From NCBI GenBank assembly GCA_963666365.2, contig CAXXNF010000002.1, positions 832,001 through 896,000 on the forward strand: DNA of 64,000 nt, in the 5' to 3' direction. Below the pieces are notes generated by a model, which worked only from the letters and a program-made list of their open reading frames with translations, ran no database searches and was not told the origin of the DNA. Shown here piece after piece: positions 41,616 through 51,143 of this stretch (position 1 is the first letter of the stretch; every line of letters starts with the position of its first letter). Both the position numbers and the translations under genes were made by a program. Source of the stretch: Syntrophales bacterium (GTDB lineage: Bacteria; Desulfobacterota; Syntrophia; Syntrophales; UBA2210).

Positions 41616-43030
41616 TTGTTTATCTTATTATTTGTATCACAGGCCTTCATATGATGCACCTTCCGTTCATCTGTCGCTATCGAAGGAATCATTATAACAA
41701 CAGCAGTCAAAAACCAGAACGGTTCCATGATTCTGACGATAATGAATGTATTGGAGCCTACGGCATGAGCAAGCAAGGCTACAAATCCAGCCAAAAATCC
41801 CAGAGCAAGTCCATTAAAGAGGGGTTCCGTCGTGTTCCGGTATACGTGTAAGCCGCTTTTAAAAATGGTAATGAGCAGCCATACGAAAACAGACAAACCG
41901 ATCATTCCAGTCTCCACAATAACTCTTGGAAACTGCGCATCAAGGAATCTATATCCCGTAATACCATAGCCAAAAAGGGGGTGCCTGATAAAATCATTTG
42001 TGAGTACATTCTTCCATGATCTCAGTCTGTCCGATGTTGAGGTATCGATTCGTATTCCGGCAATTTCAATCTGTTCCTTATGATATCGCTGCGTGACAGT
42101 AAAAAGCACCCTCTCTTTTACCGCCTTAGGCAAAGAAAATGGAGCGAGTAAAATTACTGCAATCAGTATCGCAACTAATGCCAGTTTTTTCTTTGAAAAT
42201 AGTATAAGTGCGATCAGCATCGGAATGACCGCAATCCACGAGCTTCTTGAAAGGGTAGCCAACAGAGAAATCACAATTAGCACAGCAAGCACTGCAAGGC
42301 TTTTTTTGTAGCCTGTTGATTCCGATGTAGCCAGCAATCCCAAAACGATAGACAACATGAATACGAGATATCCACCCAGGGTGTTCGGCTCGCCCGTTCC
42401 CCCTTCAAACGGCGCGGTGACCCTCCCGCCCGCGGGGATTTGCGTAATCGCAACGAGACACACGATGCCGCATACGATCAGCATAACAGCGACGAATCGT
42501 TCGATCTGCTTTCGCTCTTTCAGGTGGTTCACCACCATAAAGTAGACGATGTAATATTCAAAATATTTAAGAACAAAGAAAAAACCCGTGGCAATTTTGA
42601 CCCGCCCCATCATGAAGCCAAGCATAGTTGAAATGAGGCAGATAGAGATATACGCAGCGATCGGGACATTCAGGGGCGTTTTCAGAAACAGGCCCAGCTC
42701 TTTGTTGATGGCGGTTTTGAAAAACCAGCCGAAGCCGATGACAACCAAAAGTACGTCGTCAAAACGTATGGTAATTCCGCGGCTTGCTGTCGCACTGCCT
42801 CCCGCCAGGCTGCCGATCATGAATTCCGGGCTGAGAAGCATCGAAACGATGAGAATGTAGAGTGCAACTTCCACGTTAAGGAAGCTGACCACAGCGACCC
42901 CTATTACGGCAGTAAGTAGAAGCGAGGCCGTAATCGATGCCTTTGCGATGATGAATCCGCAAAAGGCGGCTAACAGTATAATTGAGAGTATGGGAACGGC
43001 TGTCCTGATGGTGCTGGTATTTCCCCTCAT
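41612..43030 (-). CDS. Wzy/O-antigen ligase-family membrane protein
   Basis: Multi-TM; EPNTLGGYL, TLSRSSW, HPLFGYG, ETGMIG. Confidence 0.85.
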   Translation of the reverse strand: MRGNTSTIRTAVPILSIILLAAFCGFIIAKASITASLLLTAVIGVAVVSFLNVEVALYILIVSMLLSPEFMIGSLAGGSATASRGITIRFDDVLLVVIGFGWFFKTAINKELGLFLKTPLNVPIAAYISICLISTMLGFMMGRVKIATGFFFVLKYFEYYIVYFMVVNHLKERKQIERFVAVMLIVCGIVCLVAITQIPAGGRVTAPFEGGTGEPNTLGGYLVFMLSIVLGLLATSESTGYKKSLAVLAVLIVISLLATLSRSSWIAVIPMLIALILFSKKKLALVAILIAVILLAPFSLPKAVKERVLFTVTQRYHKEQIEIAGIRIDTSTSDRLRSWKNVLTNDFIRHPLFGYGITGYRFLDAQFPRVIVETGMIGLSVFVWLLITIFKSGLHVYRNTTEPLFNGLALGFLAGFVALLAHAVGSNTFIIVRIMEPFWFLTAVVIMIPSIATDERKVHHMKACDTNNKINN

Positions 43031-45813
43031 GGCACGTTATTTTTGTCGATAAAGGCACTTTCAGTAATTTGTAACACATGGCTTCCGGGATATTGCCGGT
43101 CCAATTTACCGTCGTGCAAGAAAGACAACGCCTTGTCCTTGTCACCATATGTGCCGATAAATACGGCATGCCAAAGGCCGCTGCTTTTACTGTTATAGAC
43201 ACTTACCCAGGCGTCAATACCCGTGGTCTTCAATGATCTGGCCAGGCGTTTCGCATTACCGGCCTCCCGAAACGAGCCGATACGGATGGTGTAGTATCCG
43301 TATTTTTTATGATCTTCACGCGTTGATTCGGTATTGCGCTCCGTCTCTATATTACTTTTTTGTTCTCCCCCTCTGTGTTCTTCCGCAATGACCGGATCTG
43401 GATCACCTTTCTTCACAGCAGCTGCAGGAAGGTCTATTTTTTTTCTCACGATCGGCTTCGCGTCAACGTCAGAAGATGCAGTCGAATTGCCGATGGCGCT
43501 GTCTTTCCACAGCGGAATCACCATTTCCGGAAGGTGTATCAGATCAAATCTGTACAGCGCGTGAGCGCCGAACAACAGCAGGATGAGGAAAAGAATCCAC
43601 ACTTTTACTGCAGGCAAGGCTATTTTTGAAATTTTTCGTTTGGGTGTGTTTTCGTCCTCGCCATAATATTTATAGTATTTGTAATAATCATAATCGGTGA
43701 AGTCAGGGCTTATTTCTGGATTGAGGCCATTAAGCACAACGCCGACGATGTGTGCCGTTGCCCTGTTGAGTTGCGCAACGGCCTGTTTGAGGGTGCCCCT
43801 TCCTACTTTTCCCACTCGATATACCATAGCGATGGCGTCTGAAATCGATCCCAGGATTGCGGCATCCGCGGCGGAAAGAACGGGCGGGGAATCAAGAATG
43901 ATAACGTCGTACTCTTTCTGTGCTTCATCAAGAATCGCCCGGAAGGTCCCTGTGCTCATAAGTTCGGCAGGATTGGGGGGCATGGTGCCGCATGTGATTA
44001 TATTTAAATGATCCAATCCCGGTGTTGTCATAATTTCATCAACAGTCATTTTTCCAACCATGAGATCCGAAACGGTGTTGACCGTATCTTTCCAAAAGTA
44101 ATTCCCCAGGATGACATCGGATAATCCAGGCACTTGATTTATCCCGAACATTTTGGCGATCATCGGTTTTCTCATATCCGCGTCGATAAGGAGCACGTTT
44201 TTCCCTGTTTGTGCGAGTGCAACAGCAAGATTGGCCACAATGAATGTCTTGCCCTCTTGCGGCGAAGAGCTTGTAAGGGTTAGTGTCCTGATATTTTTAC
44301 CGAGCCCGGAGAAACTGAGATTTGTGCGGAGTGTTCTGTAATTTTCCGCAAGCAGCGATTTCGGCGCGTAATGGGAAATAAGCCGCGAATATCTTTGAGC
44401 GGTTTCAGTGTCAATTTCCTCTGAACCGTCTCTTGCTATGGATGCCTTAATTTCGTTGACATCCACGTGCGGGATAAGTCCGATCACCTGGGTGCCGGTA
44501 TATTCTTCTATTTCGGCGATATCGCCAATGGAGGTATCGAAGGTTTCAATCACGAAGGCAAGCAGGGTACCCACGATAAGTCCAATAAGAATGCCGGCAA
44601 ACCCTATTGCCGCCGTTTTAGGAGGATTTATCGGGCGCCCCGGTGCAAGGGCAGGTTTCACAATTTGTATTTCCTCTATCTTCTCGGCTTCTTTAATGAG
44701 AATTTCCTGGTACTTGGTCTCAAGAAGCATGTATAATTCTTTATTTATCCGCACATCCTCTTCCAGTCGACCCAGCGCAAGGCTTCTTTCAGGAAGTGTC
44801 TTTATTTTCGAATCTATTTCATCGATCCTCTTTTGCAGCGCTGCGATATGGGCCTCGAGGATTTTATGCTGATGCTGCAGTTCCGACTCCATGCGGGCGG
44901 TAATTTCTTGTATTGCCTTGTTTATTTCTATTACCCGGGGATACTCCTCGGTATAGGTAATAAGAAGCGTATCTCGCTCCATCATTAATTTTATCAGCTG
45001 ATCGTTAAGCCCTTTATAGAGAGGTGATGCATCGGGGATAAAGTAGCTCGTCTTGGCCGCAAGAGCGGTTTTTCCCGATTTATTGAGTATTGTGGCGGTG
45101 TTTTCTATTGTCTGTAATGCCTCTGTTGTCTTTTTATAGGTATCCTGCAACGACGCATATTGATTCAGAAACTGCGAAGTCTGGGAAGCAACCGCCAAAA
45201 GCTGGTGTTCCTCCCTGAATTTTCTCACGGTATCTTCCGCAATTCTCAGCTTTTCTTTCACTACCTGCAGTTGACCTTCAATAAAGGCCTTTGCATCGGA
45301 AGTCCGTTTGTTCAAGTCAATAAAATGATGTTCTTTATGGACACGTGCGATTGTATTGGCAAGATCGCGCGCAAAGGCGGGATCAGCCGACGTCACCGAG
45401 ATGTTCAGAATGTTGCTGTATCCCTCCTGTTCGGTTTCGATACTGTCACGTATATTGAGTACTATCTTTTGATATTTCAAATTCCTATGTATCTCTTCCG
45501 ATGAAACGTCTGCAGGAATGAGTCCCAGCTCTTTTGCCGCCAATTCAACGATATGATAGCTTTTAATGATTGTTGCCTGGGTTCCCATGTAATCCGTTGG
45601 AGACCATGAAACCGCCTGAACATAAAGGCCTGTAACGGAGCTGGTTTTTTCGATCTTGATGCTTGCAGTGGCCTGGTAGAGCGGCACAGGCTGCCACAGC
45701 ATTGAAAAGAGGACGCTGAAGAAGGCGGTGCATACCACGGCGGCGATAATAATGTATTTCCTCTTCCTGACAACCCTCCAGTAATCACGAAGATTCAGAT
45801 CGTATTGCGCCAT
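43027..45813 (-). CDS. wzc: Wzc-type BY-kinase / polysaccharide copolymerase with extra C-terminal TM and SPOR-like domain
   Basis: N-terminal TM, coiled coil, TM2, Walker A SSSPQEGKT, A' DADMRKP, B IILDSPP, Tyr cluster DYDYYKYYKYY, then a hydrophobic segment and YTIRIGSFREAGNA...WHAVFIGTY. Confidence 0.88.
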   Translation of the reverse strand: MAQYDLNLRDYWRVVRKRKYIIIAAVVCTAFFSVLFSMLWQPVPLYQATASIKIEKTSSVTGLYVQAVSWSPTDYMGTQATIIKSYHIVELAAKELGLIPADVSSEEIHRNLKYQKIVLNIRDSIETEQEGYSNILNISVTSADPAFARDLANTIARVHKEHHFIDLNKRTSDAKAFIEGQLQVVKEKLRIAEDTVRKFREEHQLLAVASQTSQFLNQYASLQDTYKKTTEALQTIENTATILNKSGKTALAAKTSYFIPDASPLYKGLNDQLIKLMMERDTLLITYTEEYPRVIEINKAIQEITARMESELQHQHKILEAHIAALQKRIDEIDSKIKTLPERSLALGRLEEDVRINKELYMLLETKYQEILIKEAEKIEEIQIVKPALAPGRPINPPKTAAIGFAGILIGLIVGTLLAFVIETFDTSIGDIAEIEEYTGTQVIGLIPHVDVNEIKASIARDGSEEIDTETAQRYSRLISHYAPKSLLAENYRTLRTNLSFSGLGKNIRTLTLTSSSPQEGKTFIVANLAVALAQTGKNVLLIDADMRKPMIAKMFGINQVPGLSDVILGNYFWKDTVNTVSDLMVGKMTVDEIMTTPGLDHLNIITCGTMPPNPAELMSTGTFRAILDEAQKEYDVIILDSPPVLSAADAAILGSISDAIAMVYRVGKVGRGTLKQAVAQLNRATAHIVGVVLNGLNPEISPDFTDYDYYKYYKYYGEDENTPKRKISKIALPAVKVWILFLILLLFGAHALYRFDLIHLPEMVIPLWKDSAIGNSTASSDVDAKPIVRKKIDLPAAAVKKGDPDPVIAEEHRGGEQKSNIETERNTESTREDHKKYGYYTIRIGSFREAGNAKRLARSLKTTGIDAWVSVYNSKSSGLWHAVFIGTYGDKDKALSFLHDGKLDRQYPGSHVLQITESAFIDKNNVP

Positions 45814-45834
45814 TCAACGGAATCCTTTTCCCTG

Positions 45835-47022
45835 TCAATCCACCCTTTTAAAGCGAAGATGATCGCTGTTGAAGTAAGAATCTCTATAACTGCCCGGATA
45901 CAGAAAGTAATCAAGAAGCGGCACCGTATTGGTGATGAACTCATTGATGTCGCCTATGACGGTCCTGGGCACGTACACCACATCGCCATTCAGAAGCGCA
46001 ATGTTTTGTGAAATATCGCCCTGTTTGAGCACCTCGTCAAGGTTTGCGGAAATAACCAGGGGTTTCCTGTCATTTGCCACATATCCCCGAATGACCTTTA
46101 TGTCGGTATCTACGGCTATCCTGGTTGTACCGCCCGCCAACGACACTGCGGCAAGAAGATCATGGGCGTCCTTGAGCCGGTAGATTCCCTGCGATGCAAC
46201 TTCGCCGAACACGTAGACGCGCTCTCCGTAGACCGGCAATTCGGGAACGGTGACGATGTCTCCGCTATCGACAACAATATTTTGACTTGTGTCCCCTTTC
46301 ACCATCACGTCGAGCAGGTTCACGGTGTATTTCCTGCCTTTTCTTACGACCTCCACATGACGTAAATCAGCGTTCGCGTATTCCTGGCCCGATATAGCGC
46401 CACCGGCCATTGTAATCAAATCTATTAAGGTGGTCTTACCTTTCAAATAATACGTGCCCGGTCCCGACGCCCTGTAATCCGCGCTGTTTATCTGGCCCAG
46501 AAGAAGCGCACTTTTGCTTTTATAATCTTTTATCATCACTTCGATTCTAGGTGTTTTTATGTATTTTTTTAACGCATTCGTCAGGAGATCATCGACCTCT
46601 CCTGCGGTACGACCGTCAACCATGACATCATCGATAAAAGAGTAGGAGATTTTGCCATCCGGCCGCACCACCGTTTCGTATTCCTGAACCTGGTTCCCTT
46701 CCATGCTTCGAATGAGAAGTACATCGTCGGCGCCGATTTTATATTCCGGAATTCCTCTCTTTTCGGTAAATACACTGTTTTCAGTAGCCGAACTCATCTC
46801 GGCAATCTGTTGTTTTTCGACTGCCCTCTTCTCATTGGATTGCCTGTCCTGATTTTGTACATTACTGACATATTCCCGTGCAGGTATGCCCCGTGCTTCA
46901 AAACTGCAGGCGTATACCGATAAGATGAATATTCCCATGCACATACCAATCATGACACTGCGCACGCGCAGGTATAATTTGACTTTATTTTCTGTGATCA
47001 TTCGGCTCTGTTTCATTTCCAT
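45835..47022 (-). CDS. wza: Wza-like polysaccharide export lipoprotein (PES plus SLBB domains); start uncertain
   Basis: Lipobox-like VYAC, EYKIGADDVL, VRPDGKISY, GDIVTVP, GDVVYVP. Confidence 0.87.
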   Translation of the reverse strand: MEMKQSRMITENKVKLYLRVRSVMIGMCMGIFILSVYACSFEARGIPAREYVSNVQNQDRQSNEKRAVEKQQIAEMSSATENSVFTEKRGIPEYKIGADDVLLIRSMEGNQVQEYETVVRPDGKISYSFIDDVMVDGRTAGEVDDLLTNALKKYIKTPRIEVMIKDYKSKSALLLGQINSADYRASGPGTYYLKGKTTLIDLITMAGGAISGQEYANADLRHVEVVRKGRKYTVNLLDVMVKGDTSQNIVVDSGDIVTVPELPVYGERVYVFGEVASQGIYRLKDAHDLLAAVSLAGGTTRIAVDTDIKVIRGYVANDRKPLVISANLDEVLKQGDISQNIALLNGDVVYVPRTVIGDINEFITNTVPLLDYFLYPGSYRDSYFNSDHLRFKRVD

Positions 47023-47036
47023 GCAACTGATTCATT

Positions 47037-47119
47037 TTCTCCCACAGAGACGACGAGATGCAGAGAAAAACATTTTTTCATTTTTTGCTGTCCTCAGCGC
47101 CGCTCCGTCTCTGGGCGAA
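47037..47119. repeat. degenerate palindromic intergenic element
   Basis: TCTCCCACAGAGACGACGAGATGCAGAG ... CTCAGCGCCGCTCCGTCTCTGGGCGAA; arms are roughly complementary. Confidence 0.45.
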
Positions 47120-47624
47120 AGTATGTTCTTTTTTCTGTACTCTGCCCAAGAAATTGTGAGTTATTACACGCTTTTTAATCTTGCTCGCAATTTCAAGCTC
47201 TTACAGCATTTTTTCCATTCTGTCAATGCAAGGCTATTCAAATATTGAGTGATTATAACCCATTGTAACTGCATCAACAAGGGATATAATCCTTCCCTCA
47301 ATTACATTAGGCATATTATAAAAGCAGCACATCCTGGCAAATACCATATTCCGTCCAGAAGAAATACAAATTATTCTTGTCAATCCTTGTGTAAATGTGT
47401 AGTATCGCGACCTAACTTTGCATTCGATATTGTACGCAGCGGTTTAGTTGCTCTGTGGTCGTTCTTTGCTATGAGACCTGAAATCCGCTCACACACAGAC
47501 CTGTAATGACCCGCTCGCCCACTGCGGTCAAAAAAATAATTTGCATTGTAATCCTTTCGGAGTGAAACTATTGTGCAGCGGTTGCCCTAAAAAAGGATAT
47601 GCATGTTGAGGAATTTCGGATTCC

Positions 47625-48512
47625 ATGCTCAAATTATATTCTGAGATACTACAATATCTTGCCGAATTCAGATCTTACGCACTCGATGATAAAGTGCTTG
47701 ATATTAGGCCCGCGATAGAATTTGTCACATTCTTGACAGGAAACCATGAGCACATCGAGCAGTATTATATATCGACACTACAATCTAATCCCAATGAAGA
47801 CTTTTTTCTCTCTCATCAGGCCAATGCGCTTGCCTATGCTCTCAAGATAGGTCGAGGCTTGAAATACGCTCCTGAAAAACTCCATGAACTCGGTTTGGCA
47901 GCACTGCATTATGATGTAGGGCTCCTTAAAATACCTGATTCAATAAAATATAAGGAAGGTGAACTAAGCGATCTGGAATTAAAAACGATACAGACACATG
48001 CCGAAATAGGCAGCATTATCTTGTCCGCCTATCAAGAACAGTATCCCTTTCTCTCACGGGCTGCGCTCGAGCATCATGAACGGGAAATGGGTCAAGGCTA
48101 TCCTTCAGGATTAAAGGGGAATGAAATCAGTGAATATTCCAAAATAATCGGAGTGGTGGATATATACGAGGCCATGATTCATAAAAGACCCTATAGAAAA
48201 GCCTACCTTCAGCATGATTCAATCAAACGGATCCTTAATTCAAAGGGACAACTCTTTCCCCCGTACATAATAAAGGCGCACCTCGAAGAGACAGGACTGT
48301 ACCCGCTTGGAAGTTATGTAAAACTGAACAATGGAGTAATCGGCCGGGTTTGCGCCGTCAACAAGTCGCACCCATTGAAGCCGGTTGTTATATTGTTGTT
48401 TGACAGCAATGGCCGCAAAATGGCAGGGGATAGTAAAATCAATCTTGGAGAACATCCTATCCTCTATATCACAGAAGCGATTGACATGGAAAATCTGCCC
48501 TATGATCGGTAA
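47625..48512 (+). CDS. HD-GYP domain protein with a degenerate HD motif
   Basis: ALHYDVG in place of LLHDIG, HHEREMGQGYPSGLKG, DIYEAM..KRPYR, GLYPLGSYVKLNNG tail. Confidence 0.85.
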   Translation: MLKLYSEILQYLAEFRSYALDDKVLDIRPAIEFVTFLTGNHEHIEQYYISTLQSNPNEDFFLSHQANALAYALKIGRGLKYAPEKLHELGLAALHYDVGLLKIPDSIKYKEGELSDLELKTIQTHAEIGSIILSAYQEQYPFLSRAALEHHEREMGQGYPSGLKGNEISEYSKIIGVVDIYEAMIHKRPYRKAYLQHDSIKRILNSKGQLFPPYIIKAHLEETGLYPLGSYVKLNNGVIGRVCAVNKSHPLKPVVILLFDSNGRKMAGDSKINLGEHPILYITEAIDMENLPYDR

Positions 48513-48632
48513 AAAATGCAGGGCGGGGATAATGAATATATTGATGTTGACATATGGGTGTTGTGGGGCTAGTTTAGTTTTAAATTCTTTTTACCTGTGG
48601 TGTATGATCACCGGAGAAGAACTGGAATTTCT

Positions 48633-48890
48633 ATGAAAGATGATCCCATCATGGCAGAAGTCGACGGTGAAGGCATGATTATCGATGTCGACCGCGGGAC
48701 CTGTTATTTCCTGAATGAAACCGCGCTGCTTATTTACAAGATGGTAAAAGACGGCAAAGGCAGCCGCGAGATCAGGGATGTGCTGACACGGGACTATGAT
48801 GTCGACGAAGGAGACGCTGAGAGCGACATAACTGCTTTTTTGAAGCAGTTACAAAGCAAGGCTGCAGCATGGGAAAAAAGAGATACGTAA
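48633..48890 (+). CDS. PqqD-family RiPP recognition element (RRE)
   Basis: 85 aa; YFLNETALLIYKMV, YDVDEGDAESDITAFLKQL. Confidence 0.9.
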   Translation: MKDDPIMAEVDGEGMIIDVDRGTCYFLNETALLIYKMVKDGKGSREIRDVLTRDYDVDEGDAESDITAFLKQLQSKAAAWEKRDT

Positions 48891-49129
48891 AACCGGAAAT
48901 CAGGGAGGAATCCCAGATTCTTACCGTAAGGGCATGGGTCACCGCAACGGCCCAGGTGTTGACGCAGCCGACGACTGAAACGAGCGTTTCCCTGCAGAAT
49001 GTCGCAGAATCGGTATCATCGACCAGTCAGGCATTACAGGAGAGGGTGACGAAAACCAGTGTTGCACAGCAGACCGTCATCACGAGAACCGGTGTCGCCC
49101 TGCAGAGAGTCCTTTCCCGGCAAAGATGA
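48869..49129 (+). CDS. putative RiPP precursor peptide
   Basis: 86 aa between the RRE and radical SAM genes; leader KKRYVKPEI (YxxP); repetitive S/T/V/Q-rich core. Confidence 0.8.
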   Translation: MGKKRYVKPEIREESQILTVRAWVTATAQVLTQPTTETSVSLQNVAESVSSTSQALQERVTKTSVAQQTVITRTGVALQRVLSRQR

Positions 49130-49170
49130 TACCCAGGCAATGACACCCGCCTATTGAGCCATAGCTGTCA

Positions 49171-50133
49171 ATGTTACAAACCATAGCCATAGACATAACA
49201 AACTACTGCAATTTCGATTGCATCCACTGCATCAGGGATAAAATTTCACCACGGGCCCATATGGATGCGACATTGCTGAGAGATATTCTTGAACAGATTA
49301 CCTCCGTCGGCATCGGGGAAGCGTGCCTTACCGGCGGAGAACCTGCTCTTCATCCAGAACTCGGTCCCATCGTTAAGAGCTTTTGCGACTACGGCGTGCA
49401 TTTCAGCCTGGTCAGCAACGGATTTCTCTTTGAGGAGTCGATCCTTCCTCTCTTTGACAGGAACGTTCAAAACTACCTGACGGGCGTCAGTTTCAGTCTC
49501 GACGGCGCGACGGCGGCGACTCATGATATGTTGAGGCGCAAGGGAAGTTTCGAACGAGTCATCAGCTCTATCAAGGCATGCACACTAAAAGGGATTTCCG
49601 TATCCGTCAAGAGTATCGTTCATAGAGAAAATATGCACGAAATCGTCGATGTCGCCGTGTTATGCGCCTCCCTTGGCGTTGAAAGTCTCGGATATGTGCT
49701 TCTCACGCCTACGCCGCGGATCATCCAACAGTGCCTTATGCCGAGCGCCGAAGAGTATGAAGCGGTTACCAGACGCATTACCGGAAGGATTGCCCCTTCC
49801 TTCGCAATGATCATTAATATGGAAGGGTACGCCGATCCTGATTTTCGCGTCCCCTTCTGTAATCCCGCCCAGGGGCTTTCGGTAGACCACGAAGGAAACC
49901 TAATATTTTGCTGCAATCTCTCTCACCCAACCGCAGGTGATAGGCCTGATACGTTCGGAGAAGAATATCTCGGCAACATCAGTGACATTGGGATTGAGGA
50001 AGGAATACTGAGGCACTACAGGAAGTTTGCCTGGTTTATGAGCAAAGTGATGAACTCGGGCCCGGCCGGACTTGAAGAAAGAAACTGCTCGGCCTGTTTT
50101 CGCCTCTTCGGCAAGCAGGATTGGATGAAATGA
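49171..50133 (+). CDS. radical SAM peptide maturase 1 with a short Cys-containing C-terminal domain
   Basis: CNFDCIHC, LTGGEP, SNG, FSLDG; C-terminal PFC...IFCC...CSAC. Confidence 0.9.
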   Translation: MLQTIAIDITNYCNFDCIHCIRDKISPRAHMDATLLRDILEQITSVGIGEACLTGGEPALHPELGPIVKSFCDYGVHFSLVSNGFLFEESILPLFDRNVQNYLTGVSFSLDGATAATHDMLRRKGSFERVISSIKACTLKGISVSVKSIVHRENMHEIVDVAVLCASLGVESLGYVLLTPTPRIIQQCLMPSAEEYEAVTRRITGRIAPSFAMIINMEGYADPDFRVPFCNPAQGLSVDHEGNLIFCCNLSHPTAGDRPDTFGEEYLGNISDIGIEEGILRHYRKFAWFMSKVMNSGPAGLEERNCSACFRLFGKQDWMK

Positions 50134-51143
50134 AAGCCCCGACGATCGATATCGTTAATTTCTGCAACTTCTCATGCCGGCACTGCCTTGTAGAAAAATC
50201 GGCGCCACCCCTCTTTATGGACAGGCATCTCTTCTCCCATCTCATGGATCAGATAGGACGTCTCGGTTTCAGATATGCCGGCATCACAGGGTCTGGAGAG
50301 GTGTCGCTGCACCCCCAGATAGAAGATATCCTGTTCAGCCTTGCAGAACACAATATCGGGTTTGAAATGCTTACCAACGGATTCTTGTTTAAGGAGCGCC
50401 TGCTTCCGTTGCTTAAAGATCCGATGATCAGGAAACGAGTCTGTTTGATCGGGTTCAGCCTTGACAGCGCACGGGAGGAGGTGCACGACAACAACAGAAA
50501 GGAAGGCAGTTTCAGGAGAATCATCGAGGCGATCGGATTGTGCCGACTGCTCGGAATACCTTTTTATATCAAGACTGCGGTGACAAACATCAACAAACAC
50601 GAGCTGAGAGACATTCTTCTTTTTACCTCCGGTCTGGGCGCCTTTTCACAGTCATTCCTTTTTCTTCAGCCGACGAGGCGATTGTTGACAGAACAACTCA
50701 GTCCCGACCCCCATGAGTTGTATCGCCTGTTCACGGAACTCAGCTCCTGGCGCCGGATATATCCCAGATTAAAACTGGAGGCTTTCAATACATCGAATGA
50801 TCTCTTCTCTTGCAACGCCTTTTTCAAATGCGGCGTCGATGAAGTGGGAAACTATCTTATCTGCAACAATCTCAGCAATGTGGGAACTTCAGAAGAAACC
50901 TACAAAGGCCCGGAATGTATCGGGAACATAGCAAACGAGTGTCTGGAAGACCTGATAGTGCGGCATCTCAACCTCCTGCCGGAAATTCTCAAGTGGCGGT
51001 TTGACCGTAAGGACATGATTAAGAATGCACCCCTCTCACTGTGCAACTGGTGTTTTTACCAGTTTAACAAACTGGACTGGTTAAAAAATGATTTTCCCGA
51101 CTCACCATGGACACGATGCTTAACCTCAACATTTACGGATTGA
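50130..51143 (+). CDS. radical SAM peptide maturase 2 (paralog of 1)
   Basis: CNFSCRHC, ITGSGE, TNG, FSLDS; C-terminal FSC...LIC...CNWC; ATGA overlap with maturase 1. Confidence 0.9.
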   Translation: MKAPTIDIVNFCNFSCRHCLVEKSAPPLFMDRHLFSHLMDQIGRLGFRYAGITGSGEVSLHPQIEDILFSLAEHNIGFEMLTNGFLFKERLLPLLKDPMIRKRVCLIGFSLDSAREEVHDNNRKEGSFRRIIEAIGLCRLLGIPFYIKTAVTNINKHELRDILLFTSGLGAFSQSFLFLQPTRRLLTEQLSPDPHELYRLFTELSSWRRIYPRLKLEAFNTSNDLFSCNAFFKCGVDEVGNYLICNNLSNVGTSEETYKGPECIGNIANECLEDLIVRHLNLLPEILKWRFDRKDMIKNAPLSLCNWCFYQFNKLDWLKNDFPDSPWTRCLTSTFTD

